This document shows, in pieces, positions 37,134-46,949 of a DNA stretch of 51,739 nt. Within the stretch, counting starts at the first letter, position 1, and each line of letters opens with the position of its first letter. Made by a program: the position numbers and the translations under genes. The notes under the pieces were generated by a model, which was given only the letters and a program-made list of their open reading frames with translations, was not told where the DNA came from and did no database searches. Origin of the DNA: Fimbriimonadia bacterium (GTDB taxonomy: Bacteria; Armatimonadota; Fimbriimonadia; Fimbriimonadales; JABRVX01); contig JBGPGO010000023.1 in NCBI GenBank assembly GCA_041483895.1, forward strand, positions 1-51,739, given 5' to 3'.

Positions 37134-39623
37134 AGTGATGGCAGCGGGTTCGGGCATCGCCTCGCCCTCGCCAGACTCGGAACCCTCGTCTTTGCGGAAG
37201 TAGATGTGCCCATCGGGATCCATGTCCGCCATGATGCCGTCGCCCGAACTGAACCGGCCGAGCAGAAGCTCCTCCGCCAACGGGTCCTCGATGAACCGCT
37301 GGACCGCCCGGCGCAGAGGCCGCGCGCCCATGTTCGGGTCCCAGCCCTCTTTCGCCAAGTATTCTTTGACGGCCAGCGATGCGGCAAACTTGAGTCCGCG
37401 TCCGGAAGCCTGGTCGTTGACCCTCTTCAGCATCAGGTCCACGATCCGCAGGATCTCGTCCCTGGTCAGCGCATGGAACACGATGACCTCGTCCACGCGG
37501 TTCAGGAACTCGGGCCGGAACAGCTTCTTCATCTCCTGCATCATCTTGGTCTTCATCCGCTCGTAGGCCTTTGGGTCGCCCGGGTCCTCTTGCAGGTCCC
37601 GGAAGCCCATGCCCGCGTCCTCGCCAATCGGCTTCACACCGACATTCGAGGTCATGATGATTACCGTGTTGCGGAAGTCCACCACTCGTCCTTGGGAGTC
37701 GGTAAGGCGTCCGTCTTCCGTCACTTGCAGAAGGATGTTGAACACTTCCGGATGCGCCTTTTCGATTTCGTCCAGCAGCACCACGCAGTACGGGTTCCGC
37801 CGCACGGCCTCAGTAAGCTGGCCGCCTTCGTCATAGCCAACATATCCGGGAGGGGCGCCCACCAATCGGCTGACGGAGAACCGCTCCATGTACTCGGACA
37901 TGTCGAGACGCACAAGGCTCGATTCGTTATCGAACAGATATTCCGCCAATGCCCGGGCCAGCTCGGTCTTTCCCACGCCGGTGGGGCCAAGGAAGATAAA
38001 CGTTCCCATCGGCCGTTTGGCGTCTTTCATGCCGCTGCGAGCGCGCCGGACCGCTCGGCTGACCGCCTCTACCGCGTCATGCTGCCCCATGATCCGGTTG
38101 TGAAGTTCTTCCTCCATGCGGAGCAGCTTCTGGCTCTCGCCCTCCACCAATCGGGAAACCGGAATGCCGGTCCAACTCTGGACGATGTGCGCGATCTCGT
38201 CCTCGCCGACCACCGGGTTATCGGCCAATTCGGCCTTCCAGCGCTCGGTGCGTTCATCCAGCTCGTCCTTCAGCTTCTCCTGTTCGGCCTGCAAGCGGAC
38301 CAGTTCTTCGTCAAACTGCTCCTTGCGACTGCGCATCTCAATCTCTCTTGTCACGGCTTCAAGCTTGCTCTTGTCGCGCCGGATGTCCAAAGGCGGAAGA
38401 GTGAGCTGCAGCCGGACGCGAGAGGCGGCCTCGTCGATCAGGTCGATGGCTTTGTCCGGCAGGGTGCGGTCGGTGATGTATCTACCGGCCAGCGTGACGG
38501 CGGCCTCGATGGCCTCGTCCCGGATGTCCACCTTGTGATGGTTTTCGTACCGGTCGCGCAGGCCCTTTAGAATTTCGATGGCCTCTTCCGGTGAAGGCTC
38601 ACGGACCTGAACCGGTTGGAAGCGCCGCTCCAACGCGGCGTCGCGCTCGATGTACTTTCGGAATTCGTCCGCCGTGGTCGCACCGATGCATTGCAATTCT
38701 CCGCGCGCCAGCGCCGGCTTCATGATGTTGCTGGCATCGATGGCGCCCTCGGCCGCGCCCGCGCCGACCAAAGTATGAAGTTCGTCGATGAACAGAATGA
38801 CTTCGCCTGAGGCCCTGCGGACCTCGTCCATCACCCGCTTCATCCGCTCTTCGAATTCACCACGATATTTCGTGCCGGCAACCAGTCCGGCCAGATCAAG
38901 CGCCACGATGCGCCGATCCTTCAATTGGTCCGGCACGTCGCCGGAAATAATTCGCTGAGCCAGCCCCTCCGCGATCGCGGTCTTTCCAACCCCCGGCTCG
39001 CCGATGAGACACGGGTTGTTCTTTGTGCGACGCGCGAGAATCTGCATCACGCGCTCGATCTCCGTGTGTCGCCCGATCACCGGATCCAATTTTCCCTGCC
39101 GGGCATAGTCCGTCAGGTCTCGACCGAATTCGTCCAGTGTCTGGGTGTGTCGCCGTCTTGGCGATTGGCTTGCCGGCGCGCTGGACGCTTCGTTATCCTG
39201 CAGCGCCATCACCTCTTTGCGTGTTCTTTCCAGATCAACGCTCAGTTTTGCCAGCACTCGACCCGCGAGGCCCTCTCCCTCGCGAATCAGGCCCAGCAGC
39301 AGGTGCTCCGTTCCGATATAGTTGTTGTTTAACTGACGCGCCTCATCATACGCGAGATCGATCACCCTCTTTGCCCTGGGAGTGAGTTGCATGTCCTGCT
39401 GAGACCGAGTTTCGCCGCGGGGAAGCTGGCGCTCCACCTCGGTCCGCAATCGGTTCAGGCTTATCCCCATTCGGTCCAGCACGCGCGCGGCCACGCTGTC
39501 GGCCTCGCGAACGAGACCGAGCAGCAGGTGCTCCGTGCTGACATAGCCTTCGCCGAAGCGTTGGGCCTCTTCTTGCGCAAAGAAGACAACTTTGCGCGCT
39601 CTCTCTGTAAATCTTTGCCACAT
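37131..39623 (-). CDS. clpC: ATP-dependent Clp protease ATPase subunit ClpC
   Basis: Two Clp-N repeats, [28 protein letters not shown] ClpP-binding loop, short M domain. Confidence 0.96.
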   Translation of the reverse strand: MWQRFTERARKVVFFAQEEAQRFGEGYVSTEHLLLGLVREADSVAARVLDRMGISLNRLRTEVERQLPRGETRSQQDMQLTPRAKRVIDLAYDEARQLNNNYIGTEHLLLGLIREGEGLAGRVLAKLSVDLERTRKEVMALQDNEASSAPASQSPRRRHTQTLDEFGRDLTDYARQGKLDPVIGRHTEIERVMQILARRTKNNPCLIGEPGVGKTAIAEGLAQRIISGDVPDQLKDRRIVALDLAGLVAGTKYRGEFEERMKRVMDEVRRASGEVILFIDELHTLVGAGAAEGAIDASNIMKPALARGELQCIGATTADEFRKYIERDAALERRFQPVQVREPSPEEAIEILKGLRDRYENHHKVDIRDEAIEAAVTLAGRYITDRTLPDKAIDLIDEAASRVRLQLTLPPLDIRRDKSKLEAVTREIEMRSRKEQFDEELVRLQAEQEKLKDELDERTERWKAELADNPVVGEDEIAHIVQSWTGIPVSRLVEGESQKLLRMEEELHNRIMGQHDAVEAVSRAVRRARSGMKDAKRPMGTFIFLGPTGVGKTELARALAEYLFDNESSLVRLDMSEYMERFSVSRLVGAPPGYVGYDEGGQLTEAVRRNPYCVVLLDEIEKAHPEVFNILLQVTEDGRLTDSQGRVVDFRNTVIIMTSNVGVKPIGEDAGMGFRDLQEDPGDPKAYERMKTKMMQEMKKLFRPEFLNRVDEVIVFHALTRDEILRIVDLMLKRVNDQASGRGLKFAASLAVKEYLAKEGWDPNMGARPLRRAVQRFIEDPLAEELLLGRFSSGDGIMADMDPDGHIYFRKDEGSESGEGEAMPEPAAIT

Positions 39624-39756
39624 AGTCGTTCAACCCCCTGAGATCCGGCTCTTCAGGTTGCTTAAGAATCTACCTGACCTGCCACCGAATCCGCCGCGCC
39701 GGGATTCGCATCCCAGCAATAACAATGACGTGCCGTCGCGCCCACCTGTTCGCAAT

Positions 39757-40776
39757 CTATACGATTGTCGGTACCTTCGGACCCTCGAAGCATCGCTGTA
39801 AGGTCTCCGCACGTTTCTCATCCGCATCGGTCCTCCCGAACCTTCCATTTACCAGCAATTCCCCCGACCAGGCATCCACATGGCGCGCCGCCTCCAGCGA
39901 AACTGTGGCGGCCGCGAGCCTCACCCAGCTCAAAATCCTCAGTCCCTGACCGAGCGTTATCCGATCGGCCCTCCGGACGAACGAATTGCACTCCGCCGCC
40001 TTCCGATCGATCCAATCCGAACCGAGAGCCCCCCGAGCCTGCCGTTCTTCCCGGGCCAGCAGCCGGATCACAGCCAGCAATCTTCCGGCCGCCTGTTCTT
40101 CCGTCTCTTCCCGGCCCGGCATGACGGAAAGCTGGAAAAACGCTCCAACCGCGCGTGAGCCTTCGCCATACACCCCGCGCATCGTCACTCCGGCCTCCTG
40201 CGCCGCCTTGAGCCAGCGCGGAAGCCGCTTCTGGCTGCCGAGCGCCGGAAGATGCAGCAGGGACGACGCGCGAACGCCGCTCCCGGCATTGGCCGGCGAG
40301 GCCGTCAGGTAGCCGTAGGATGTGTTCCATGCCAGGGGCAGTTTCTGGAGAAGATCCCGCTCGACGCGCTTCGCCATTTCGACGGCTGGGAGTAAAAGGG
40401 AGCCGGGTTGGAAAGCCTGGATACGGATGTGATCTTCCTCATTGATTAAAACGCTGATTGCCAGGGGATCGTCAACAAGGAATAGGCCGGTTGGCCGGCC
40501 GGCAAATCGCACAGGCGCCAGGCGGGAGGCGGCAAGTGCATCGCGGTCCTGCGATCTGAGATCGCCCAGTTGGACGGGGTTCAATCCGGGCAAAGTTGCG
40601 GCAATCAGCCCTTCGGTCTCTTCCTGTTGCCGAGCGGTGAGTAGATGGGGGAATGGGTAGTCCCGCAAATTCCTGGCAATTCGGATGCGCGAGGAGATGA
40701 CGACATCGCAATCCGGCCCGGACTCCAGCCAGGCGGGATGCGCTAGCAATGTTGCGGTTGGAATACGATGTAGCAT
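39757..40776 (-). CDS. mcsB: McsB protein-arginine-kinase-like protein
   Basis: SSRIRIARNL, INEEDHIRIQ, GYLTASPANAGSG, RGVYGEGS; upstream of clpC. Confidence 0.85.
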   Translation of the reverse strand: MLHRIPTATLLAHPAWLESGPDCDVVISSRIRIARNLRDYPFPHLLTARQQEETEGLIAATLPGLNPVQLGDLRSQDRDALAASRLAPVRFAGRPTGLFLVDDPLAISVLINEEDHIRIQAFQPGSLLLPAVEMAKRVERDLLQKLPLAWNTSYGYLTASPANAGSGVRASSLLHLPALGSQKRLPRWLKAAQEAGVTMRGVYGEGSRAVGAFFQLSVMPGREETEEQAAGRLLAVIRLLAREERQARGALGSDWIDRKAAECNSFVRRADRITLGQGLRILSWVRLAAATVSLEAARHVDAWSGELLVNGRFGRTDADEKRAETLQRCFEGPKVPTIV

Positions 40777-40997
40777 ATTGGGCAGCCGAGCAGGCCGGTC
40801 GTTTGGGTTTGGTCGAATGTCGTTCCGCAGCACGGGCATTGGTTCGGGGTCGAGTGGGTGTCTAGAAGGGCGTCGATGAACCGTGCGGCATCGAACTGTG
40901 GGATCAGCAGGCGCAGGCAATCCGGGCACATCGGCTCTTTGATGCCTCGGTGCGCGACCGTATGCGCCGCCTCCCCGCCACATTGTGCGCAGATCAT
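40743..40997 (-). CDS. mcsA: Short McsA-like protein (four CxxC, no UVR domain)
   Basis: CAQC, CPDC, CPCCG, GLLGCPICY; ATGA overlap with the parA-like gene. Confidence 0.72.
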   Translation of the reverse strand: MICAQCGGEAAHTVAHRGIKEPMCPDCLRLLIPQFDAARFIDALLDTHSTPNQCPCCGTTFDQTQTTGLLGCPICYIVFQPQHC

Positions 40998-41980
40998 TCG
41001 AGGGCCACTCCACAAGATGACGCAACCCGTATTGCCAACTCCCGAAAGTCGCGGTAACAATCAGCGACTGCCTGGGCATGGCCACCGATCGCACCGTCGG
41101 CAGCTTTCAAGTAGAACATGGGCTTTCTCGCCTCTTGGGCGAGCGGCATGAGGCTGCGGTAATGCTTCAGCGTCGCAAGGCAATGAGGGTCATCCGCAAC
41201 CCGCGCGGGTGCGCCCCCGCAAGCGTCATTCAGGACCGCTTCTCGATATACCGCAGGGATCTGATTGATCCATCGCTCATACGCTTGAACGGGTCGATCC
41301 AGGCGAATCGCATGTTGAAGGACGATGTACCCAGCCGGCACTATCGCGCCAGATGGCATCGAAAGGTTCGCAACCGAATTCTTCTTTGCTCGCTCATTCC
41401 ATTCGGATCGCCATGTACGAAGCGTTGGGCCCAAATTTCGAAGCCCTTGGAGCGAATACAGGTCGGGACCTAGCGGGATCACGACGTAATCAGCTGCAAT
41501 GAGTGCAGCTCGATTAAGTGCTCCTAAATTCGGTCCAACATCGATGAGGACAACGGTGGCGTCACGCTTGGTTCCGGCCTCTTCTATGATTCGCCAGATC
41601 GCCGAGATGACACGAAAGGCTCGTCCTTTTCCGTCCAGACAATCCGCCCATTGCCCGCTCAATTCCCCTTCCGCCAGCGACAATCGAAGGTCGCCGGGGA
41701 TTAGGCCCAAAAGACTACTCATCGATTGAACCATCGGTGAGGCTATGTCACCGGTTCCTTCAAGGAGCGGTTCAATTGCTTCATATATAGTATCAAAATT
41801 GGTTGACCATAGACTTTCCAACGAATCTTCCGAGAGAAACATGGCTGTGAGATTGGCTTGCGGATCAAGGTCGGCGGCTACGGCAGAAACGCCGATGTCC
41901 GCATACATCCAAGCAAGGTGATATACGAGGGATGTCTTTCCAACGCCACCCTTATTGTTGAAAAATGCGATCGTTGTCAC
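40994..41980 (-). CDS. ParA/AAA_31 family ATPase
   Basis: FFNNKGGVGKT, DLDPQANLT, IDVGPNLG. Confidence 0.9.
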   Translation of the reverse strand: MTTIAFFNNKGGVGKTSLVYHLAWMYADIGVSAVAADLDPQANLTAMFLSEDSLESLWSTNFDTIYEAIEPLLEGTGDIASPMVQSMSSLLGLIPGDLRLSLAEGELSGQWADCLDGKGRAFRVISAIWRIIEEAGTKRDATVVLIDVGPNLGALNRAALIAADYVVIPLGPDLYSLQGLRNLGPTLRTWRSEWNERAKKNSVANLSMPSGAIVPAGYIVLQHAIRLDRPVQAYERWINQIPAVYREAVLNDACGGAPARVADDPHCLATLKHYRSLMPLAQEARKPMFYLKAADGAIGGHAQAVADCYRDFRELAIRVASSCGVALE

Positions 41981-43185
41981 GGAGATCGCCTCACAGTAAC
42001 AATAACGTGGCTTTGCTGCACATCAAACTCAGGCGGCGGGTTTCCGTTCTTCTGCAGTGCTTGACGTGCAATGCCAATACCATAGCCAAATCTTTGAATG
42101 AATCCTAGCCCGTGAAGCGCTTCAGCTAGATTTGGATTGCGATAGTCCGCGATTCCTGGCTGGCCGAAATTTTGCCTCGTTACTGACCCATATGGTCCTC
42201 CCGGACTGATGATTTCGACTCTGTCATCGAACCAGTAAACTCTAACTGGAGCGTTAGTGCCCTCATAATTGCGGTGTAAGACCGCGTTACGGACAAACTG
42301 CTGCAGGCCTTCAAGAGGATAATCATGGCGGCGTATTTCGACGGGCCCTGACGTGATTTCAACTGCCGTGCGGATGTGAGCCGCAAATTTATCGTCTGTT
42401 TTCTTCAGAACCTCGCCAATTGGCCCATCAATCACCCGGTCGTCGACAACCGGGTCGGGAATAGTGGTCCCCCGAATGCGCAAAAATTGGATGTACGCGC
42501 CGGGGAGGAAGTCCCTTGTTCTCGTCCCCAGTACGAGCGTTCCTAGGACGGTGGGAGTCGTGTCATCCGTTGAAGCAATCATTTTCAGCGATGCCAATCT
42601 CTCCTCGTACGACCGATTGTTCGCATCCAACAACGCAATCGGAATGCTTGAAGGAAGATAGACACCCTCAAACAGTCGCCGGTCTAGATCCGCAATCGTC
42701 GCGGATGGCACAGGCCGCACGTCAAACGGACGATCCCGATGCCGACGCTTCTCATTCAGAATGCGCTCATCTTGCTGAGTCGCTATGTCGCGGCGTGGGC
42801 CGGTGCGGATCCAAATCTGGCCCTTAAATCGGGCTGGCGGAGCGTCTGCCGGTTCCACCGTGAGGACCGCCAATTCGACGCCTGATACCAAACGTTTCTG
42901 GACCGTCATGGAAGGTGGAGGCACGATGTTGCCGTCGGTCTTGATGTCGGTGAGGGAAAGTAGAAGTGCGTCCGTTATCGGCAATCCAGACGGCGTGCCA
43001 TCGTCGCGCGCTCCGACAAATATCACCCCCGCTTTCCGATGATTGGGCAAATCGTTGGCGAAGGCGCAAACCGCCTGGCGAATCTTGCTTGGGGCGTCTC
43101 CTTGGAACGATTCCTTGCGCTCCGTTAGATCCGATTCGATTTCGGTCAGCATCGTGGACAGTTCAGCGTCGGAGTAGTTCGTCAC
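41977..43185 (-). CDS. Schlafen/AlbA_2 domain + RecG-C-like (HATPase_c_4) protein
   Basis: ESDLTERKES, CAFAN, IFVGA.DDG; NAVLHRNY, FDDRVEIISPGG, YRNP.LAE, GYGI. Confidence 0.85.
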   Translation of the reverse strand: MTNYSDAELSTMLTEIESDLTERKESFQGDAPSKIRQAVCAFANDLPNHRKAGVIFVGARDDGTPSGLPITDALLLSLTDIKTDGNIVPPPSMTVQKRLVSGVELAVLTVEPADAPPARFKGQIWIRTGPRRDIATQQDERILNEKRRHRDRPFDVRPVPSATIADLDRRLFEGVYLPSSIPIALLDANNRSYEERLASLKMIASTDDTTPTVLGTLVLGTRTRDFLPGAYIQFLRIRGTTIPDPVVDDRVIDGPIGEVLKKTDDKFAAHIRTAVEITSGPVEIRRHDYPLEGLQQFVRNAVLHRNYEGTNAPVRVYWFDDRVEIISPGGPYGSVTRQNFGQPGIADYRNPNLAEALHGLGFIQRFGYGIGIARQALQKNGNPPPEFDVQQSHVIVTVRRSP

Positions 43186-43296
43186 TTTCGTGCCGCATTA
43201 TTGCGTTAAACGTAGGGTCGAAGGCCCGAATCCCACCTCAAAGCCGGGTTCAGCCTGTCGCCAGACCTGCTGGAAGCCGACAATCTAGAGCGGTTT

Positions 43297-44796
43297 ATGA
43301 GTTATTTGCGAAAGAATCTCGACAACATCCTGCTCTGGATGATCACCCTGGCCCCAAGCGTGCTGCTGCGGCTGTACCCCGCCGTGCCGCTCGCATCGGA
43401 CGAGAAGGTGTTCGCCGTCGTCTCCCGCCAAGTTGCGCAGGGCGCTGTGCTCTATCGGGACGTGTTCGATCATAAAGGGCCGGCGTTGTACTGGCTGTAT
43501 AACCTCTGCACCATGCTCACCGGCGGATCCTATGTCGGCATCCGGATCGTCACGATCATTAGCTGCGTCCTGATGCAGGTTTCCGTGTTCTTTGTCGCGC
43601 GAAAGCTCACGAAATCCGATATGGCGGCATACGGCAGCGCTCTTGCGATCGGCATCGGCGCATGGCTCACGAACCGTATCTTCCAAGTCGAGATCTGGAT
43701 GGCTGCTCCCCTCGCCGCCGCCCTCGCCCTGCTGGTCTGCAGACCCGATCGGCTGTCGGCAATCGCCGCCGGAGTGCTGACCGGATTCGCGATCATGATC
43801 AAGCCGACGGTGGTGCTGGATTTCGCCGTTCTGCTGCTGCTCGCCTACGCGATGCCGGGCGCGAAGCGAAGGCCGGACGTCGCGATTGCCTTCGTCATCG
43901 GGACGGTCGCGGCCGGCGCGGCCTTCATCGCCCCGTTCGTTCAAACACATTCGATGCGAGACCTGATCGAAGTGCTCCTCACGTTCAATTCCTACTATAC
44001 GCGCTCCATCCCGATGACGCCGGAGTTGGCCAAGGAATTGGCGATGTGGCTGGCGCGCCAGGCGGGTATCTGCTGCTTCCTGTGGCTGCCCGCCTCGTTA
44101 ATGCTCATCGTCAAGCCGGATGATGCGGAACGGCGCGCCTGGACGCGGATTATGCTGCTCTGGACGGCGCTCGGCATCGCGGCGTCCCTTCTTGGACGCA
44201 GACCCCTAAACCACTATCTGCTCCAGGCCTACCTCCCGATGTCCATCCTCGTCGGGATATGGATTGCCAACTGGTCGCCCGGCAAGGTAATGTTCTCCCG
44301 CCGGTCGCTGGCGTTGGCGACCACCGTTTGGCTCGCAGCCGTGGGAATCGGCGGTTACTTTCACGCGACGAAGTTCCGTGCGGACCTCGTCCAGTACGCC
44401 GGAGCCGAGAAACAGATCGCGGCAGCCGTCGACGACCTTACGACGCCGAACGACTCGGTCTTAGTTTGGGGAAATGCCACCAACATCTATTACTTCTCCC
44501 ATCGCAAGAGTGCCACCCGCTACATCTTCTACCCGCCGTTCCACGGAGAATACGGACCCAACTCCCCGAAGTTCGAACAGTCTTACTGGACCGATTGGAT
44601 GCGACGCTTTGACGATTCCAAGCCGTCGATTGTCGTGGATTGCTCCGAAACGCGCTGGAACGACCTTCCGTGGCTGGACCCATTCCGCAACCCGGAACTG
44701 GCCCAGCGGCTGCGAAAAGACTACATGCTGGTCGAGCGTGAGAATGGATTCCGCATCTACAAGCGTCTTATCTTACGGACCGCCGCGCTGAATTAG
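43297..44796 (+). CDS. Polytopic GT-C glycosyltransferase (GT39/ArnT-like)
   Basis: DE motif after TM1, LYRDVFDHKGP, many TM helices, HY motif. Confidence 0.8.
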   Translation: MSYLRKNLDNILLWMITLAPSVLLRLYPAVPLASDEKVFAVVSRQVAQGAVLYRDVFDHKGPALYWLYNLCTMLTGGSYVGIRIVTIISCVLMQVSVFFVARKLTKSDMAAYGSALAIGIGAWLTNRIFQVEIWMAAPLAAALALLVCRPDRLSAIAAGVLTGFAIMIKPTVVLDFAVLLLLAYAMPGAKRRPDVAIAFVIGTVAAGAAFIAPFVQTHSMRDLIEVLLTFNSYYTRSIPMTPELAKELAMWLARQAGICCFLWLPASLMLIVKPDDAERRAWTRIMLLWTALGIAASLLGRRPLNHYLLQAYLPMSILVGIWIANWSPGKVMFSRRSLALATTVWLAAVGIGGYFHATKFRADLVQYAGAEKQIAAAVDDLTTPNDSVLVWGNATNIYYFSHRKSATRYIFYPPFHGEYGPNSPKFEQSYWTDWMRRFDDSKPSIVVDCSETRWNDLPWLDPFRNPELAQRLRKDYMLVERENGFRIYKRLILRTAALN

Positions 44797-44823
44797 CCGC
44801 CTGTAAGCTATACTTTGTCCGAA

Positions 44824-45384
44824 ATGGACACCAGCGACTTTCGAAACGGCCTGCACATTTTCAACGATGGGCAGGTTGTGACGATTATTGAATTTCAGCA
44901 CGTCAAGCCAGGGAAGGGCGGGGCATTTGTACGCACGAAGCTAAAGAACATGAGGTCCGGCGCCGTCGTAGACAAGACATATCGAGCGGGGGAAAAGGTC
45001 GATCAGGCATATTTGGAGAAGAAGGCGTACCAATTTTTGTACCGACAAGGCGACGAATTGATACTAATGGATATGGATAGCTACGAACAGGTGCCGTTCC
45101 AGGAAGAACAGTTTGGCGACTCCGCCGGATTTCTCAAAGAAGAGATGATGGTGACGGTCCTTGATGTCAATGGGGAAGTCATGGGGATCGAGCTGCCGAA
45201 CTCGGTCGAATTGGAAATTACCGAGTGCGAACCGAGCTTCAAGGGGGATACTGTATCCGGAGGCTCCAAACTGGCAACTTTGGAAACAGGCGCCAAGATC
45301 AACGTGCCGTTCCATATCAACGTTGACGACATGATCCGAGTAGATACCCGAACCGGTGAATATCTCGAACGCGTCAAGAAGTAG
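44824..45384 (+). CDS. efp: Elongation factor P
   Basis: HVKPGKGGAFVRTKLK, GDT, DTRTGEY. Confidence 0.97.
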   Translation: MDTSDFRNGLHIFNDGQVVTIIEFQHVKPGKGGAFVRTKLKNMRSGAVVDKTYRAGEKVDQAYLEKKAYQFLYRQGDELILMDMDSYEQVPFQEEQFGDSAGFLKEEMMVTVLDVNGEVMGIELPNSVELEITECEPSFKGDTVSGGSKLATLETGAKINVPFHINVDDMIRVDTRTGEYLERVKK

Positions 45385-45414
45385 GCTTCAGGCACTCCGA
45401 ACGGGGGTTGGAAG

Positions 45415-46539
45415 ATGGTAAGACCATCTGGGGCATCGACACGCGATAATCCCATTAAGAGCTTTTTCGACGACTGGGCCCCTAAGCTTTCGTGGATCGG
45501 CGGCGGGGCGACGTTCCTATGTCTCGCTTATCTCGTCTGGTCGGCGATGACCTTCTCCGGTTCCTCTTCCGGGAACCTGCCCGCAGCCGATGCGGTCCGG
45601 CTCACCAACGCCATCACGCTTGCGGGCAAGGTGTTGATTGCCGGCATCGTGCTCCTCTGTCTCGGCGTGGGTTGGCAGTACATGGATGAAGGAACCGTCG
45701 GACCGATCTATCTGGTCGGCGCGGCGGTGCTGTATTGGGGAATCCCGCTCTTCATCAATATGAACAGCAGTTCCGGGAGCATAGGTCAGGCTGGCCTTCT
45801 GTCATTGACTCTCACCCAATTTCGTCTCGGCGCTCTCGCATTCGTTCTGCCCGGCATCCTGCTGCTGATCTACGCCATCGCATCGTCCACCCATCAGCGA
45901 TCCACGGTGGGGGTCAAGAAGGACCAGCTTGAATACGGCAAAGAGGTCAAGGAGGAGCCGGAGGTCAGGAACGTCTTCCTCGGCAAGTGCTGGCAGTTGC
46001 CGTACTGCCGGAAATTCATCCGCGTCAAGTGCCCAATCTTTCTGTCCAAGCGGTGCTGCTGGCGAGAGCGCGTCGGCTGCATGTGCGAAGAATCTGTCAT
46101 TCGAAACGCCATGGAAGGAACCGTCCAGATCCCCAAAGACGTGGTCGCGGCGGCCAGGTACATCCCCTACAACAACAAGCTGCCGATGGCGGACAAGCGG
46201 GAGCGATGCCGCAACTGCGTCATATACAATGAGCATCAGCGGCAGAAATACAAGCTGGTTGCGCCTATCGCAATCATGCTCACCATCGCGCCGGTTGTGT
46301 TCATGCACGACGCCTGCCGGGAGCGCGTCGGCGATCTGCTGACCTACCTAGACAAGTTTGCCGTGCGCTTCTCGCTTTCGACGGCGGTGCTCCACCAACC
46401 CGACGCTCCAGCCTCAGCGATCGAGAAATTCAAGCAGGCGGACGCGGCCGTGGAAATCCTCCTCGTGGCCCTCGCGGTCATCATTCTGGCCTATTTGCTT
46501 CGTCTTGTGGAGTATGCTCTGTTCAAGCTGAAGATATGA
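45415..46539 (+). CDS. Membrane protein with Cys-rich soluble loop
   Basis: About 6 TM segments; CWQLPYC..CPI..CCWRERVGCMCEE..CRNC. Confidence 0.7.
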   Translation: MVRPSGASTRDNPIKSFFDDWAPKLSWIGGGATFLCLAYLVWSAMTFSGSSSGNLPAADAVRLTNAITLAGKVLIAGIVLLCLGVGWQYMDEGTVGPIYLVGAAVLYWGIPLFINMNSSSGSIGQAGLLSLTLTQFRLGALAFVLPGILLLIYAIASSTHQRSTVGVKKDQLEYGKEVKEEPEVRNVFLGKCWQLPYCRKFIRVKCPIFLSKRCCWRERVGCMCEESVIRNAMEGTVQIPKDVVAAARYIPYNNKLPMADKRERCRNCVIYNEHQRQKYKLVAPIAIMLTIAPVVFMHDACRERVGDLLTYLDKFAVRFSLSTAVLHQPDAPASAIEKFKQADAAVEILLVALAVIILAYLLRLVEYALFKLKI

Positions 46540-46949
46540 AATCGATGGATCTATCACTGCTGGACGAGTTGCTGCGCGTTGTTACCGCGGCCGACCTTTC
46601 CCAAGCGGAGGTGCGGTGCGGCGATGCCGTCGTCCGTGTCAGCCGGAATCGGACGGGAGAAATCCGCCTGCACAGCTCCCCGGCATTGGAAATGGTGCAG
46701 GAAGATCGGCACGCGCCTGCCCCCGCCATTCGCGCTCACATGGTCGGTTATTTCCGGGCCAAGGACAAGGCGATTAAGATAGGGGATCGGATCTCCGAAG
46801 GGGATGTGGTCGGCAGTATCGAGTCTCTTGGCCTGCAAAACGAGATACGGGCGAAGGCGAGTGGCACGGTGGAAGAGAGTTTGGCGGAAACCGGCTCGCC
46901 TATGGAATATGGGCAGGCTATCTATCTGTTGACGTCGGAGGTGGCATGA
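46536..46949 (+). CDS. Biotin carboxyl carrier-like protein lacking the biotin-accepting lysine
   Basis: IRAHMVGYF, GDVVGSIESLGLQNEIRA..SG.V, EYGQ; the EAMKM motif is replaced. Confidence 0.8.
   Translation: MKSMDLSLLDELLRVVTAADLSQAEVRCGDAVVRVSRNRTGEIRLHSSPALEMVQEDRHAPAPAIRAHMVGYFRAKDKAIKIGDRISEGDVVGSIESLGLQNEIRAKASGTVEESLAETGSPMEYGQAIYLLTSEVA

Noticed and set aside
40743..40776. Frameshifted mcsA-mcsB fusion
   Set aside because: Both ORFs have plausible starts and stops and no slippery site is evident; it cannot be fully excluded without reads.
40994..41980. Plasmid or chromosome partition locus
   Set aside because: No parB, parS-like site or rep gene nearby.
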